Shown here: positions 9,174-18,093 of the stretch, one piece after another | How positions within the stretch are numbered: the first letter of the stretch is position 1 | Layout of the letters: each line of letters begins with the position of its first letter | Assembly (NCBI GenBank): GCA_964514965.1 | Contig: CAZETV010000001.1 | Coordinates: 510,001-542,000, forward strand | Direction of reading: 5' to 3' | DNA length: 32,000 nt | From: Candidatus Hadarchaeota archaeon | GTDB lineage: Archaea > Hadarchaeota > Hadarchaeia > Hadarchaeales > Hadarchaeaceae | Program-made: the position numbers and the translations under genes | The notes under the pieces: model-generated | What the model saw: only the letters and a program-made list of their open reading frames with translations | The model's database searches: none | Told to the model about the DNA's origin: nothing

Positions 9174-9237
9174 GTTTTAACCTTCTTCTTTATTAAAACG
9201 TTAACCTTTTAAGCATTTTTGTTAACATTATGTTAAC
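9174..9237. promoter_or_regulatory. Cluster of GTTAAC palindromes in the pckG/lrp divergent intergenic region (candidate Lrp/AsnC operators)
   Basis: GTTAAC occurs at 9200..9205, 9221..9226 and 9232..9237, with spacings of 21 and 11 bp. A variant GTTTTAAC lies at 9174..9181. The last copy ends 10 nt before the lrp ATG. Confidence 0.4.
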
Positions 9238-9246
9238 GGAATAAAA

Positions 9247-9723
9247 ATGAACGAATTAGAACAAAAAATACTGCTCCAACTTATAAAAAATAGTGAACAG
9301 CCCTTAACAGAAATATCAAAAAGAGTAGGGGCCTCAAGGCAGACCGTTGCTAAGAAGATAAAACAGCTAAAAGAAGAAGAAATTATTGCCTCCTTCAAGG
9401 CTAAGTTGAACCCAGAAAAATTTGGCTTGAATACGAAAGCTTACATTTTTCTACGTGAGGACCCGCTGGAAGAACTTAGGCAGAGAAATGAGACAACGAT
9501 TAAGCAATTTCATCAAATCACGGAATTTTACCGTTTATTCGGGAGATATAGTGCGATATTGGAAGTATTGGTCAAGGATGGCAAGGAACTAACCAAACTT
9601 GTAAAGCGGATTCACAGGCTGAAAGGCGTGAGAGAAACCGAAACTTTCATAGTACACAGCGCGGTGAAGAACGCGCCAGAAGCCCCTATTGTGTACGCCC
9701 TGAAACCGACGCTTGAGAAATAG
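9247..9723 (+). CDS. Lrp/AsnC family transcriptional regulator
   Basis: An N-terminal HTH (LEQKILLQLIKNSEQPLTEISKRVGASRQTVAKKIKQLKEEEII) is followed by a RAM/AsnC_trans_reg-like C-terminal domain. Length is 158 aa. Confidence 0.85.
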   Translation: MNELEQKILLQLIKNSEQPLTEISKRVGASRQTVAKKIKQLKEEEIIASFKAKLNPEKFGLNTKAYIFLREDPLEELRQRNETTIKQFHQITEFYRLFGRYSAILEVLVKDGKELTKLVKRIHRLKGVRETETFIVHSAVKNAPEAPIVYALKPTLEK

Positions 9724-9782
9724 CACATGCAGAAAATTAACCGCAAACGTGAAAGAGATCTCTAATCAAAACCAACTCACAA

Positions 9783-11381
9783 TTAACTGATATTTTTGAC
9801 CATGTATGGCCCTTCTCGCCTATAGCCAAATCGCCGATAATAGTTCCGCGTTCCTATGCCCGAGAGTACGACGACTTTGCGCGCGTCGAACTCCTTCTGG
9901 GAGATAAATTCTGCCTCGCGGAGCAAACGTTCACCCCAACCTCGATGTTGCCACTCGCCTACTCCCGCTTCTTTGCCGACCTGCACGAGCGGGCCATAAA
10001 CATGCAGCTCTCTCACGAGCATCGATCTATCAGTTTTGATTCCGAATTTGTGTATCTTTGGAGATGGTTCCCTTAATCTCAGAAGCCCCATCAAGATGTC
10101 ACGTTTAACATCCTCGAACGACAGAAAGAGTTCCTCACCGTCCGAAGCATGATACCTCTCAACCACGAGTTCTATGTCTTCAGGTTTCGGCTCTAAACCG
10201 AGTTTGTACTTCACATGCCCAACTTCACGACATCTTATGCACCTGCAGCGCGTCCCCTCTCTTCTCATTTTCTCCTGAATCAAAGCTCGTAGATCGCCTC
10301 GCTTAACGCCCTCTGCTATCAGGTTAACTGGAATGTCTCGCTGGATGCGCTGAATCCTGACCCACTTCGGTATGTGCCGCTTCATCTCAGCGATGAGTTC
10401 CACAATTTGCTCGAAAGGATATGGCTTGTACTCTCCCCGCCGCCATAGCTCATAAAGCTTTGTGCCAGGCATGACGAGCGTCGGGTATATCTTCAGGGCA
10501 TCGGGCTTGAACCTTTCATCCTTGAAGAGGGTTTTGAATGTATCCAAGTCTTTTTCGTAATTGGCGCTGGGGAGGCCGGGCATGAAGTGATAAACTACCG
10601 CAAATCCAGCATCCTTCGCTATTCGTGTTGCTTCAGCCACATCTTCTACAGTATGGCCACGGTTGATGAGCTCGTAGATGTCATCATGAAGTGTTTGCAC
10701 CCCCAGCTCGACTCGCGTGGCACCAAGACGAAGCATGAAGTCAACGTGGGGCTCCTTGCAGTAGTCGGGACGGGTCTCAAGTGCGATGTCGCTGTTTCGG
10801 GTCGGCGCATCCTCGGCCGCTTGCTGTGCTTCCTCTATCGTGACAGCGTTCGCGCCCGATATCGCGTTCAAACATTGCACGGTGAACCACTCTAGATAAT
10901 CGTGAGGGTAAGCAGTGAGCGTGCCGCCAAACATTATCAACTCTACCTTGTCGACTACATGTCCTATCGCCCGAAGCTGCTCAATCCTGCTCCGTACTTG
11001 CCTGCAAGGGTCATAACTCGCTTGAAGGGCCCTTGCCGATGCGGGTTCTTTTCCTGTGTATGACTGCGGAACGCCGACACTAGGCCCTCCAGGACAGTAA
11101 ATGCAGGGCTCGGACTTTGGACAGGGGTAAGGCTTTGGCATCACTGTGATAACAGAAACCCCTGAAATCGAGCGTACGGGCTTCAGCTTGAGCAGTTGGA
11201 TTACTCTGGCCTTCTGTTCGCCAGTCGCTGCTGTCAAGAGTTCCGAGTTTCTAAACAGCTTAGATAATCCAAACTTTCGACAAGCTTGGATTTTAGCCTT
11301 AGCTAGTTCTTGCGCGTCAGCGATTTCACCGCTCGAGATTTTTTGTAAAATCTCTTGGTAAGCTGCCGAAGAGGTATCCAC
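9783..11381 (-). CDS. elp3: Elp3-type tRNA uridine(34) modification enzyme (radical SAM + GNAT acetyltransferase)
   Basis: 532 aa with a Cys cluster (PYPCPKSEPCIYCPGG), a radical-SAM core and a C-terminal GNAT region (WQHRGWGERLLREAE). Confidence 0.9.
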   Translation of the reverse strand: MDTSSAAYQEILQKISSGEIADAQELAKAKIQACRKFGLSKLFRNSELLTAATGEQKARVIQLLKLKPVRSISGVSVITVMPKPYPCPKSEPCIYCPGGPSVGVPQSYTGKEPASARALQASYDPCRQVRSRIEQLRAIGHVVDKVELIMFGGTLTAYPHDYLEWFTVQCLNAISGANAVTIEEAQQAAEDAPTRNSDIALETRPDYCKEPHVDFMLRLGATRVELGVQTLHDDIYELINRGHTVEDVAEATRIAKDAGFAVVYHFMPGLPSANYEKDLDTFKTLFKDERFKPDALKIYPTLVMPGTKLYELWRRGEYKPYPFEQIVELIAEMKRHIPKWVRIQRIQRDIPVNLIAEGVKRGDLRALIQEKMRREGTRCRCIRCREVGHVKYKLGLEPKPEDIELVVERYHASDGEELFLSFEDVKRDILMGLLRLREPSPKIHKFGIKTDRSMLVRELHVYGPLVQVGKEAGVGEWQHRGWGERLLREAEFISQKEFDARKVVVLSGIGTRNYYRRFGYRREGPYMVKNIS

Positions 11382-11427
11382 TATCTCCCCTAAGTTAATT
11401 TGTGTTCAAAGCTATTTTCTTGATGGT

Positions 11428-13608
11428 GTGCAAGTGGAAGTCGAGGAGCTTTGCAAGAAATATGGATTACCCGAACAAATCGTGAGAGTGCTTGAAAAAT
11501 CGGGCGTAACGACTCTTTACCCTCCACAGTTGGACGCGATAAGAAAAGGTGCGCTTGATGGAAAAAATCTCGTGCTGGCGATCCCGACCGCGAGCGGTAA
11601 AACGCTTGTCGCCGAGTTCTGCATGCTCAAGTCCGTGTTCGAGGCAAGCGGCAAATGCCTTTACATAGTTCCGCTCCGAGCGCTGGCGAGTGAGAAGTAC
11701 AAGGAGTTCAGGGAAAAGTATGGACTCCTCGGCTTGAAAGTTGGAATCAGCACCGGAGATTTAGATGTTGTCGACCCTAGGCTCGCTCACTATGACATTC
11801 TCATCGCGACCTCCGAAAAAGTTGACTCTCTAATCCGTCACCGCGCAAAATGGCTCGCCGACATTATCTCTGTTGTAGTGCTCGACGAGATTCACTTAAT
11901 TGATGACCCGGGACGCGGCCCTACACTCGAAGTTTTGACGGCCCGACTCCGACAGGTCAACCCTAATCTCCAAACACTCGCACTTAGCGCTACCGTAAAA
12001 AATGCAGAAGAGATAGCTGGGTGGCTAGGTGCGGAACTCGTCAAAAGCGAATGGCGTCCGGTTCCCCTGAAAAAAGGAGTGTACTACGGCGAAAAGATAA
12101 AGTTCGACGATGGGAGCAAACGGGTAGTGAAAGTTGAAATTAAAGACAAACTCGCTGCACTTGCAATCGATACTGTCCAAGAAGGAGGACAGACACTGGT
12201 CTTCGTTAGCACGCGCCGCTCCGCACAGTCAGCAGCCACGCTCCTAGCTAAACACACGAAGGGAACTCTTTCACTTGCAGAGCTTGAGCAGCTGACTGTT
12301 GTTGCAAAAAATATTGAAAAAGCACTCGGAGAATCCACTCGAACTTGCCGCCAGCTGGCCGACTGCGTTCGTCAGGGGGCGGCGTTTCACCACGCTGGAT
12401 TACACCATACCCAGCGAAAGGCCGTGGAGGACGCGTTCAGAAAAAATCTGATAAAAGTAGTATGCGCGACTCCGACATTGGCTGCGGGCATTAACTTACC
12501 TTCGCGCCGGACGATTATCCGAGACTACCGTCGCTATGTCGAGCCTTACGGACTCCAACTCATCCCCGTTTTAGAGTTCCATCAGATGTGCGGTCGCGCT
12601 GGAAGACCCCAATACGATAAGTATGGTGAAGCAGTTGTGATTGCTAAAGGGAAAGACGAAGCCGAAGCACTTTTTGAGGAGTTCATCCGAGCCGAGCCCG
12701 AGCGAATAACCTCGAAGCTCGCTGCCGAACCTGCGCTCCGGACCCATGTGCTCGCCTCAATTGCAGCGGGTTACGTGAATGATGCAGATGGACTGCTGGA
12801 GTTCATGGAACAAACTTTCTTCGCCTACCAGTATGGGACGGGCGAAGTGGCGAGAATCATAGAACTCGTGCTGGATTTCCTTGAGCGGGAAGAGATGATC
12901 CGCACACATGGGAAATTGTTACTCGCAACTCCTTTCGGCGAACATGTCTCTCGCCTCTACATTGACCCGATGTCAGCGGTCATCTTGCGTGACGGAATCA
13001 AAAACATCGCCACCAAGGAGCCTACCGCCATCGGCTTGCTCCACCTCGTGTGCGATACACCCGACATGGGACGACTCTACCTTAGGCGGCACGATTACCC
13101 CGACATCGAGCTCTTCCTCAAAGAACATGCCGATGAATTCTTGACCCCTATACCACACCAAGAATACGAACCCGACAAATACGAATTCTTTCTAGCTGAG
13201 GTGAAGACAGCGCAGATGTTGAAGGCTTGGCTCGAGGAGACGCGCGAGGACGACATTCACGAGCAGTTCGGCGTGGGGGCTGGCGACATTCGGAGAAAAG
13301 TGAGCACGGCTGAGTGGCTCTTATACGCTGCTCACGAACTCGCCAAGCTGTTCAAAGCCAGAGCTGCAGTGGGGCCCCTCCGAAAGCTGCGTGAGCGTGT
13401 ACGCTACGGAGTCAAGGAAGAGCTTCTAGAGCTGGTACAACTTCGGGGTGTAGGACGCGTGCGAGCGCGGAGCCTCTTCAAGGCGGGTTATCGGAAGCTT
13501 GCGGACATCAAACGAGTAACCGAACAAGAACTCGCAAAGGTGCCTTACGTCGGTGTTGAAATTGCAAGGAGCATCAAGCGGCAGATCGAAAAGGATGAAG
13601 TTGTTTGA
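11428..13608 (+). CDS. hel308: Hel308/Hjm Ski2-like ATP-dependent DNA helicase
   Basis: 726 aa from a GTG start. Walker A is AIPTASGKT and the DEAH-type box is VLDEIH. SAT, QMCGRAGRP and a C-terminal HhH-like domain are also present. Confidence 0.9.
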   Translation: MQVEVEELCKKYGLPEQIVRVLEKSGVTTLYPPQLDAIRKGALDGKNLVLAIPTASGKTLVAEFCMLKSVFEASGKCLYIVPLRALASEKYKEFREKYGLLGLKVGISTGDLDVVDPRLAHYDILIATSEKVDSLIRHRAKWLADIISVVVLDEIHLIDDPGRGPTLEVLTARLRQVNPNLQTLALSATVKNAEEIAGWLGAELVKSEWRPVPLKKGVYYGEKIKFDDGSKRVVKVEIKDKLAALAIDTVQEGGQTLVFVSTRRSAQSAATLLAKHTKGTLSLAELEQLTVVAKNIEKALGESTRTCRQLADCVRQGAAFHHAGLHHTQRKAVEDAFRKNLIKVVCATPTLAAGINLPSRRTIIRDYRRYVEPYGLQLIPVLEFHQMCGRAGRPQYDKYGEAVVIAKGKDEAEALFEEFIRAEPERITSKLAAEPALRTHVLASIAAGYVNDADGLLEFMEQTFFAYQYGTGEVARIIELVLDFLEREEMIRTHGKLLLATPFGEHVSRLYIDPMSAVILRDGIKNIATKEPTAIGLLHLVCDTPDMGRLYLRRHDYPDIELFLKEHADEFLTPIPHQEYEPDKYEFFLAEVKTAQMLKAWLEETREDDIHEQFGVGAGDIRRKVSTAEWLLYAAHELAKLFKARAAVGPLRKLRERVRYGVKEELLELVQLRGVGRVRARSLFKAGYRKLADIKRVTEQELAKVPYVGVEIARSIKRQIEKDEVV

Positions 13609-13636
13609 TTCAGCCCAATATTTTTCTCAATATTAG

Positions 13637-14542
13637 CTAAGACTTAATAAACAACTCCTCGTACTTCGCTTGAACTGCATCAGCACAAAATTTCTTGACA
13701 CCTTCTTCCGTCTTCGGATGTTTGAGCATTTCTTGAATTACCTCGAAAGGTATGGTTGCAATGTCGCATCCAGTTTCAGCCACTTCTCTAACCTGTCGGG
13801 AATTTCTCAAGCTGGCAGCAATCACCTTTGTTTTTATGTTATATTTTTTGAAGATGTCGACTATTTTTCTCACCAAATCTACACCACTAGTTATTCCATT
13901 ATCCTTTCCAACCTCAATCGCTTTCTTTATCTTTTCGTCTGAGTAGAGCGATGGAATTTCCTCTGCAGTCGAATTTTTCAAGTACTCGCCCAGCCTCGCC
14001 TCAGAAATCGTCCTCACCAACTCGAAGTCGAAATAATCGTTTTTTTTGAAATCAATCCCTAGATTTTTCCTAATGTAATCATCCACCCTTCCGGCAAATG
14101 GGCTTGCATACGTAGCTCCCGCTTTCGCCGCCAAAAGCGCCTGCTCTGCGGTCATCACTAAAGTCGCATTTGTAGGAATTTCCGCTCTTCCCAATTTTTT
14201 TATCGCCTTCAACCCTTCATAATCAGCCATTTCTTGCCCCGTATATGTGTTAATTGGTATCTTGATCAGGACATTTCCAGCGATTGGATTAAATTTCTTG
14301 TATAAAATTTGAGCTTCCTCAACCATCTTGCTTGCTTTTTGACTTAGCACTTCCAAACTTACAGGTCTTCCTTTTCCCGCTGCTTTGCATATTTTCTCCA
14401 AATAATCTTCTAAATTCACTTCTCTTTCTTCATCGACTGCCTTTCTGATCAGGCTGGGGTTAGTCGTCACTCCGTCGACTATGCCCCATGAAAGAGCTTC
14501 CTTGATTTCGCTTAATTTGGCCGTATCCACAAATATTTTCAT
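13637..14542 (-). CDS. tal: Transaldolase / fructose-6-phosphate aldolase family protein with an internal ~60-aa insertion
   Basis: The N-terminus is MKIFVDTAKLSEIKEALSWGIVDGVTTNPSLI. The Schiff-base lysine context VLIKIP and ATYASPFAGRVDD are present. At 301 aa it is longer than the ~220 aa usual for this subfamily. Confidence 0.8.
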   Translation of the reverse strand: MKIFVDTAKLSEIKEALSWGIVDGVTTNPSLIRKAVDEEREVNLEDYLEKICKAAGKGRPVSLEVLSQKASKMVEEAQILYKKFNPIAGNVLIKIPINTYTGQEMADYEGLKAIKKLGRAEIPTNATLVMTAEQALLAAKAGATYASPFAGRVDDYIRKNLGIDFKKNDYFDFELVRTISEARLGEYLKNSTAEEIPSLYSDEKIKKAIEVGKDNGITSGVDLVRKIVDIFKKYNIKTKVIAASLRNSRQVREVAETGCDIATIPFEVIQEMLKHPKTEEGVKKFCADAVQAKYEELFIKS

Positions 14543-14550
14543 CCCAACAC

Positions 14551-15219
14551 CTAGATTTTTTTTCTTTGAAGTAGACTGTCTTTGAGCTTTTTGATAGATA
14601 ATTTTGGTTCTCTACCATAGATGGCGAAGCCTATTGTGAGAACATTCCCGCCAGCCTCCATAGCCAGCGGTGCTGTCTTTTCGTTTATGCCTCCATCCAC
14701 ACCAATATCGATGTTTAATCCGCGCGTTTCGATCATCTGCCTAGCTTCCCGAACCTTTGGCAGTACAGCCGAAATGAATTCTTGGCCTCCAAAGCCAGGA
14801 TTCACCGTCATAATCAAGACGAAATCAATATCGTCCAGTACATATTCAATTACATTCAGCTGGGTTGCAGGGTTAAGTGCCACCCCCACTTTTACTCCTA
14901 AGCTCTTGATATCCCGAACAGTATGCTGCAAATGATCACACGCTTCAGCATGAACAGATATAATATCGCTACCGACCTCGGCAAACTTTTCAACAAAATT
15001 GTACGGCTTCTCAATCATTAGATGAACATTAAAAGGTAACTTTGTTTTACCCCTTAGCGACTTAATCACCGCTGGCCCGAAAGTGATATTTGGCACGAAG
15101 TGACCGTCCATGATATCCCAGTGGATGAGGTCAACTCCCTCCTTCTCAACATTTTTAACTTCTTCACCTAGCCTGCTGAAATCCGCGGAGAGTAACGATG
15201 CAGCTATTTTCAAACTCAT
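14551..15219 (-). CDS. rpe: Ribulose-phosphate 3-epimerase
   Basis: 222 aa with IAASLLSADFSRLGEEV, HWDIMDGHFVPNITFG, MTVNPGFGGQ and VDGGI motifs. Confidence 0.9.
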   Translation of the reverse strand: MSLKIAASLLSADFSRLGEEVKNVEKEGVDLIHWDIMDGHFVPNITFGPAVIKSLRGKTKLPFNVHLMIEKPYNFVEKFAEVGSDIISVHAEACDHLQHTVRDIKSLGVKVGVALNPATQLNVIEYVLDDIDFVLIMTVNPGFGGQEFISAVLPKVREARQMIETRGLNIDIGVDGGINEKTAPLAMEAGGNVLTIGFAIYGREPKLSIKKLKDSLLQRKKI

Positions 15220-16185
15220 CTAACCCCTCCTTTTAATTACCTCTTTTGCCTTCTTTACGATATCGGGGGAAGTTAGACCATACTTGACAAAAAGGTCCTT
15301 CCAATCTCCTGATTCTCCGAAGATATCTCTAATGCCCACCCTCGCCATGGGTACAGGAGCGTTCTCCACGAGCAATTCCGCCACTGCCCCTCCCAAACCT
15401 CCTAAGATACTGTGCTCCTCCGCCGTGACTATTGCGCCACTTTCTCTTGCTGCCCTCAAAATTGCCTCTTGGTCAATGGGTTTAATTGTATGGACATTAA
15501 TCACGCCAGCATCTATCCCTTCCTTAGCTAAATCGGACGCTGCAATTAGTGCCTCGGCCACCATCAGGCCTGTGGCCACGATTGTCACATCCCCCCCCTC
15601 TTTTAGAGTCACACTTTTTCCCACCTGAAAAGTCAAATCGGTGCCGGCATATCGATAACCCTCTTCGTAAACCAAGGGTGTTTTAGGACGGCACAATCTC
15701 ATGAAAACTGGTCCGTCGTATTCGGCTATCGCCTTGGTCCCAACCCCAGTTTCGATAGCATCTGCTGGAATTATAACTGTCACGTTAGGCAAAGAGCGCA
15801 TAACAGCTATGTCCTCGATGCAGAAGTGGGATACTCCATCTCCCCCCACACTTATTCCTCCGTGAGTCACTACGAGCTTCACGTTGAGTTGGGGGTAAGC
15901 AGCGGATTGCTTGAATTGATTCAACCCCTTTTCCGTGCCGAAGACCGAGAAGGTACTTGCGAAAGATATTTTCCCTTCGGAGGCAAACCCAGCAGCCATC
16001 GAAATCAAGTTTGCCTCAGCTACCCCCACATCAAAGAACCTCTCTGGAAATTCTTTAGCAAACTTGGAGGTTTTTGTCGAAGGCGAGAGATCCGCATCCA
16101 AGACCACCACGTTTTTGTTGGCCCGACCAATTTCTACTAAAGCCGTCCCATATGCATCTCGGCTTGCGCCCAAACGCTCACTCAT
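15220..16185 (-). CDS. tkt: Transketolase, C-terminal (pyrimidine-binding) subunit
   Basis: 321 aa starting RDAYGTALVEIG, with FDVGVAEANLISMAAGFA. Its stop abuts the rpe start, and its start overlaps the N-terminal subunit gene by 8 nt. Confidence 0.9.
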   Translation of the reverse strand: MSERLGASRDAYGTALVEIGRANKNVVVLDADLSPSTKTSKFAKEFPERFFDVGVAEANLISMAAGFASEGKISFASTFSVFGTEKGLNQFKQSAAYPQLNVKLVVTHGGISVGGDGVSHFCIEDIAVMRSLPNVTVIIPADAIETGVGTKAIAEYDGPVFMRLCRPKTPLVYEEGYRYAGTDLTFQVGKSVTLKEGGDVTIVATGLMVAEALIAASDLAKEGIDAGVINVHTIKPIDQEAILRAARESGAIVTAEEHSILGGLGGAVAELLVENAPVPMARVGIRDIFGESGDWKDLFVKYGLTSPDIVKKAKEVIKRRG

Positions 16186-17044
16186 GCAGTTCCTCCAAAG
16201 CTCGAGCTAGTTCCGATTCGGTTAAGGTGATCCCGTGATATTCGGAGTGCCCCTCGGCGAAGGCTTTTTCGACGAATGAGACACCTTTACCTTTGTTCGT
16301 GCGAGCGATGATCACAGTAGGCTTGCCTTTTATCCTTTCCGCTTCGTCTAACGAGTCGAGGATTTGCTTCATCTGGTGGCCATCAATCTCGATCACATGC
16401 CAACCGAATGCCCGCCATTTATCGGCTACAGGTTTGAGCGACATGACCTTATCGGTGAATCCGCTCAATTGGTGAGAGTTGAGATCCACTATCGCGACCA
16501 AATTATCTATCTGGTAGTGTGATGCTGACATCGCTGCTTCCCAAATTTGCCCTTCATCGAGTTCTCCATCGCCGAGCAAGACATACACCCGATGAGATTT
16601 CCCGTCTAACCTAGCCGCTAAGGCCATTCCTTCACCTATGGATAAGCCTTGGCCGAGAGTTCCAGTAGATGTTTCTACACCAGGTGTTCTTCTCATGTCA
16701 GGGTGCCCTTGGAGGACACTTCCGATTTTCCTTAACTTCCATAGCTCTTCTCTTGGGAAATACCCCGCCTTTTCCAATGCCGCATAAACTACTGGGCAAG
16801 CATGGCCTTTTGATAATACGAACCGATCCCTATCTTCCCACTTTGGATTTTTGGGATCATGCCGCAGATGATGAAAATACAAAGCTGCCACGATGTCGGC
16901 TGCTGAAAGAGACCCGCCGATATGCCCTGAGCCAGCCTTCGTAGTCATAATGAGAGAATCCCTTCTAAGAGAAAGAGCTATTGCATCTAACCTCTTTGTC
17001 AATTTTTCATCGTGCGGCGCTTTTTTTTCACTGAACGGTGCCAT
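16178..17044 (-). CDS. tkt: Transketolase, N-terminal (thiamine-diphosphate-binding) subunit
   Basis: 288 aa with GSGHIGGSLSAADIVAALY, LSKGHACPVVYAAL and the GDGELDEGQIWEA ThDP motif. Confidence 0.9.
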   Translation of the reverse strand: MAPFSEKKAPHDEKLTKRLDAIALSLRRDSLIMTTKAGSGHIGGSLSAADIVAALYFHHLRHDPKNPKWEDRDRFVLSKGHACPVVYAALEKAGYFPREELWKLRKIGSVLQGHPDMRRTPGVETSTGTLGQGLSIGEGMALAARLDGKSHRVYVLLGDGELDEGQIWEAAMSASHYQIDNLVAIVDLNSHQLSGFTDKVMSLKPVADKWRAFGWHVIEIDGHQMKQILDSLDEAERIKGKPTVIIARTNKGKGVSFVEKAFAEGHSEYHGITLTESELARALEELHE

Positions 17045-17099
17045 TTTTTTTAACCCCTAATAAAATCAGTAAATCTAAATTAAACTTTTCCTATTACTC

Positions 17100-17993
17100 T
17101 CATTCCAGAATCGCCTCTGCAATGACTGGTGCGACCGAAGCAACGCTCACCTGAGTCTCAATCGTGTCTGTGGCTACAACATTTGTCACGCCTGCGGCGG
17201 TAAGTTTTTGCAGCGTATTGCCAACGAGTACAGCATGCGTGCAGGCAGCATAAATCCTGCGTGCACAAGATTGCTTAAGCGATTTGGTAGCCTCGATGAT
17301 GGTGCCGCCCGTGCTGATAATGTCGTCGATTACCACCACATCACGCCCTGCAACGTCAAGAGATTTGGTCTGTGTTATAACCTCGGTTGGGGTAATTCTC
17401 TTCTTCGTTAGATAGTCCGCTTCTGCCCCAAGTTCTGCTGCTGCGCTACTTGCACACTCAAATGCTTTTTTATCAGGCCCTAGGATTAGAGGACTCTTCA
17501 AATTAAGGCTAGAGAAGTACTGCCCGAGAAGAGATGCGGCAGAAAGGTCACGAGCTGGAATCAAAAAGTCTTTCATTATTTCAACATCATGAACATCTAC
17601 AACAAATAGTTCATCTGCTCTATGCCCTATGAGTTTGCAAATTGTTTGAGCACTTATCGCTTCTCCCAGCTTGTAGCGCCTGCTTTGCCGTGCGTAAGCA
17701 AGATATGGCACAACTGCCGTTACACGTCTAGCACCCGAATCTTTTGCAGCATATAGTAAGAAAAAAAGCTCCATCAAATTGTCATTCTGGGGATAAGGGG
17801 TCGACTGTACGACGATAGCATGCCGACCTTTTAGCTTGGCATCAATACGTACGTAAGTTTCGCCGTGGGGTGAGCACTTCAACTCGGGCTTTACAAGTGG
17901 GCACTTGAGCTGCTTTGCGACCTTCACCGCAAGCTTGGGCGAAGCAGACCCGGCGATGACTATCAAACTACCCCTCGCGTAGCTTTTCGGCAC
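17100..17993 (-). CDS. prs: Ribose-phosphate pyrophosphokinase (PRPP synthetase)
   Basis: 297 aa. The PRPP-binding loop is VVVIDDIISTGGT, and the N-terminus LIVIAGSASPKLAVKVA is characteristic. The start is GTG at 17993, with an alternative TTG at 17966. Confidence 0.88.
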   Translation of the reverse strand: MPKSYARGSLIVIAGSASPKLAVKVAKQLKCPLVKPELKCSPHGETYVRIDAKLKGRHAIVVQSTPYPQNDNLMELFFLLYAAKDSGARRVTAVVPYLAYARQSRRYKLGEAISAQTICKLIGHRADELFVVDVHDVEIMKDFLIPARDLSAASLLGQYFSSLNLKSPLILGPDKKAFECASSAAAELGAEADYLTKKRITPTEVITQTKSLDVAGRDVVVIDDIISTGGTIIEATKSLKQSCARRIYAACTHAVLVGNTLQKLTAAGVTNVVATDTIETQVSVASVAPVIAEAILE

Positions 17994-18093
17994 ATCTATT
18001 TAAAAATGTTTTAGATGCTAGGCTTGGACGAATTACATCCGCCCAGATAGATTTTTTTCTTGTTGAACCGCATAAATTCTCAAGGGGTAGAGA

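Noticed and set aside
17061-17090. Third copy of the CAGTAAAT promoter-like motif upstream of the transketolase operon
   Set aside because: Only the 8-nt core matches. It lies about 25 nt from an ATG that is also preceded by AGGGGT, so its role as a TATA box is doubtful. It is mentioned under the motif finding only.
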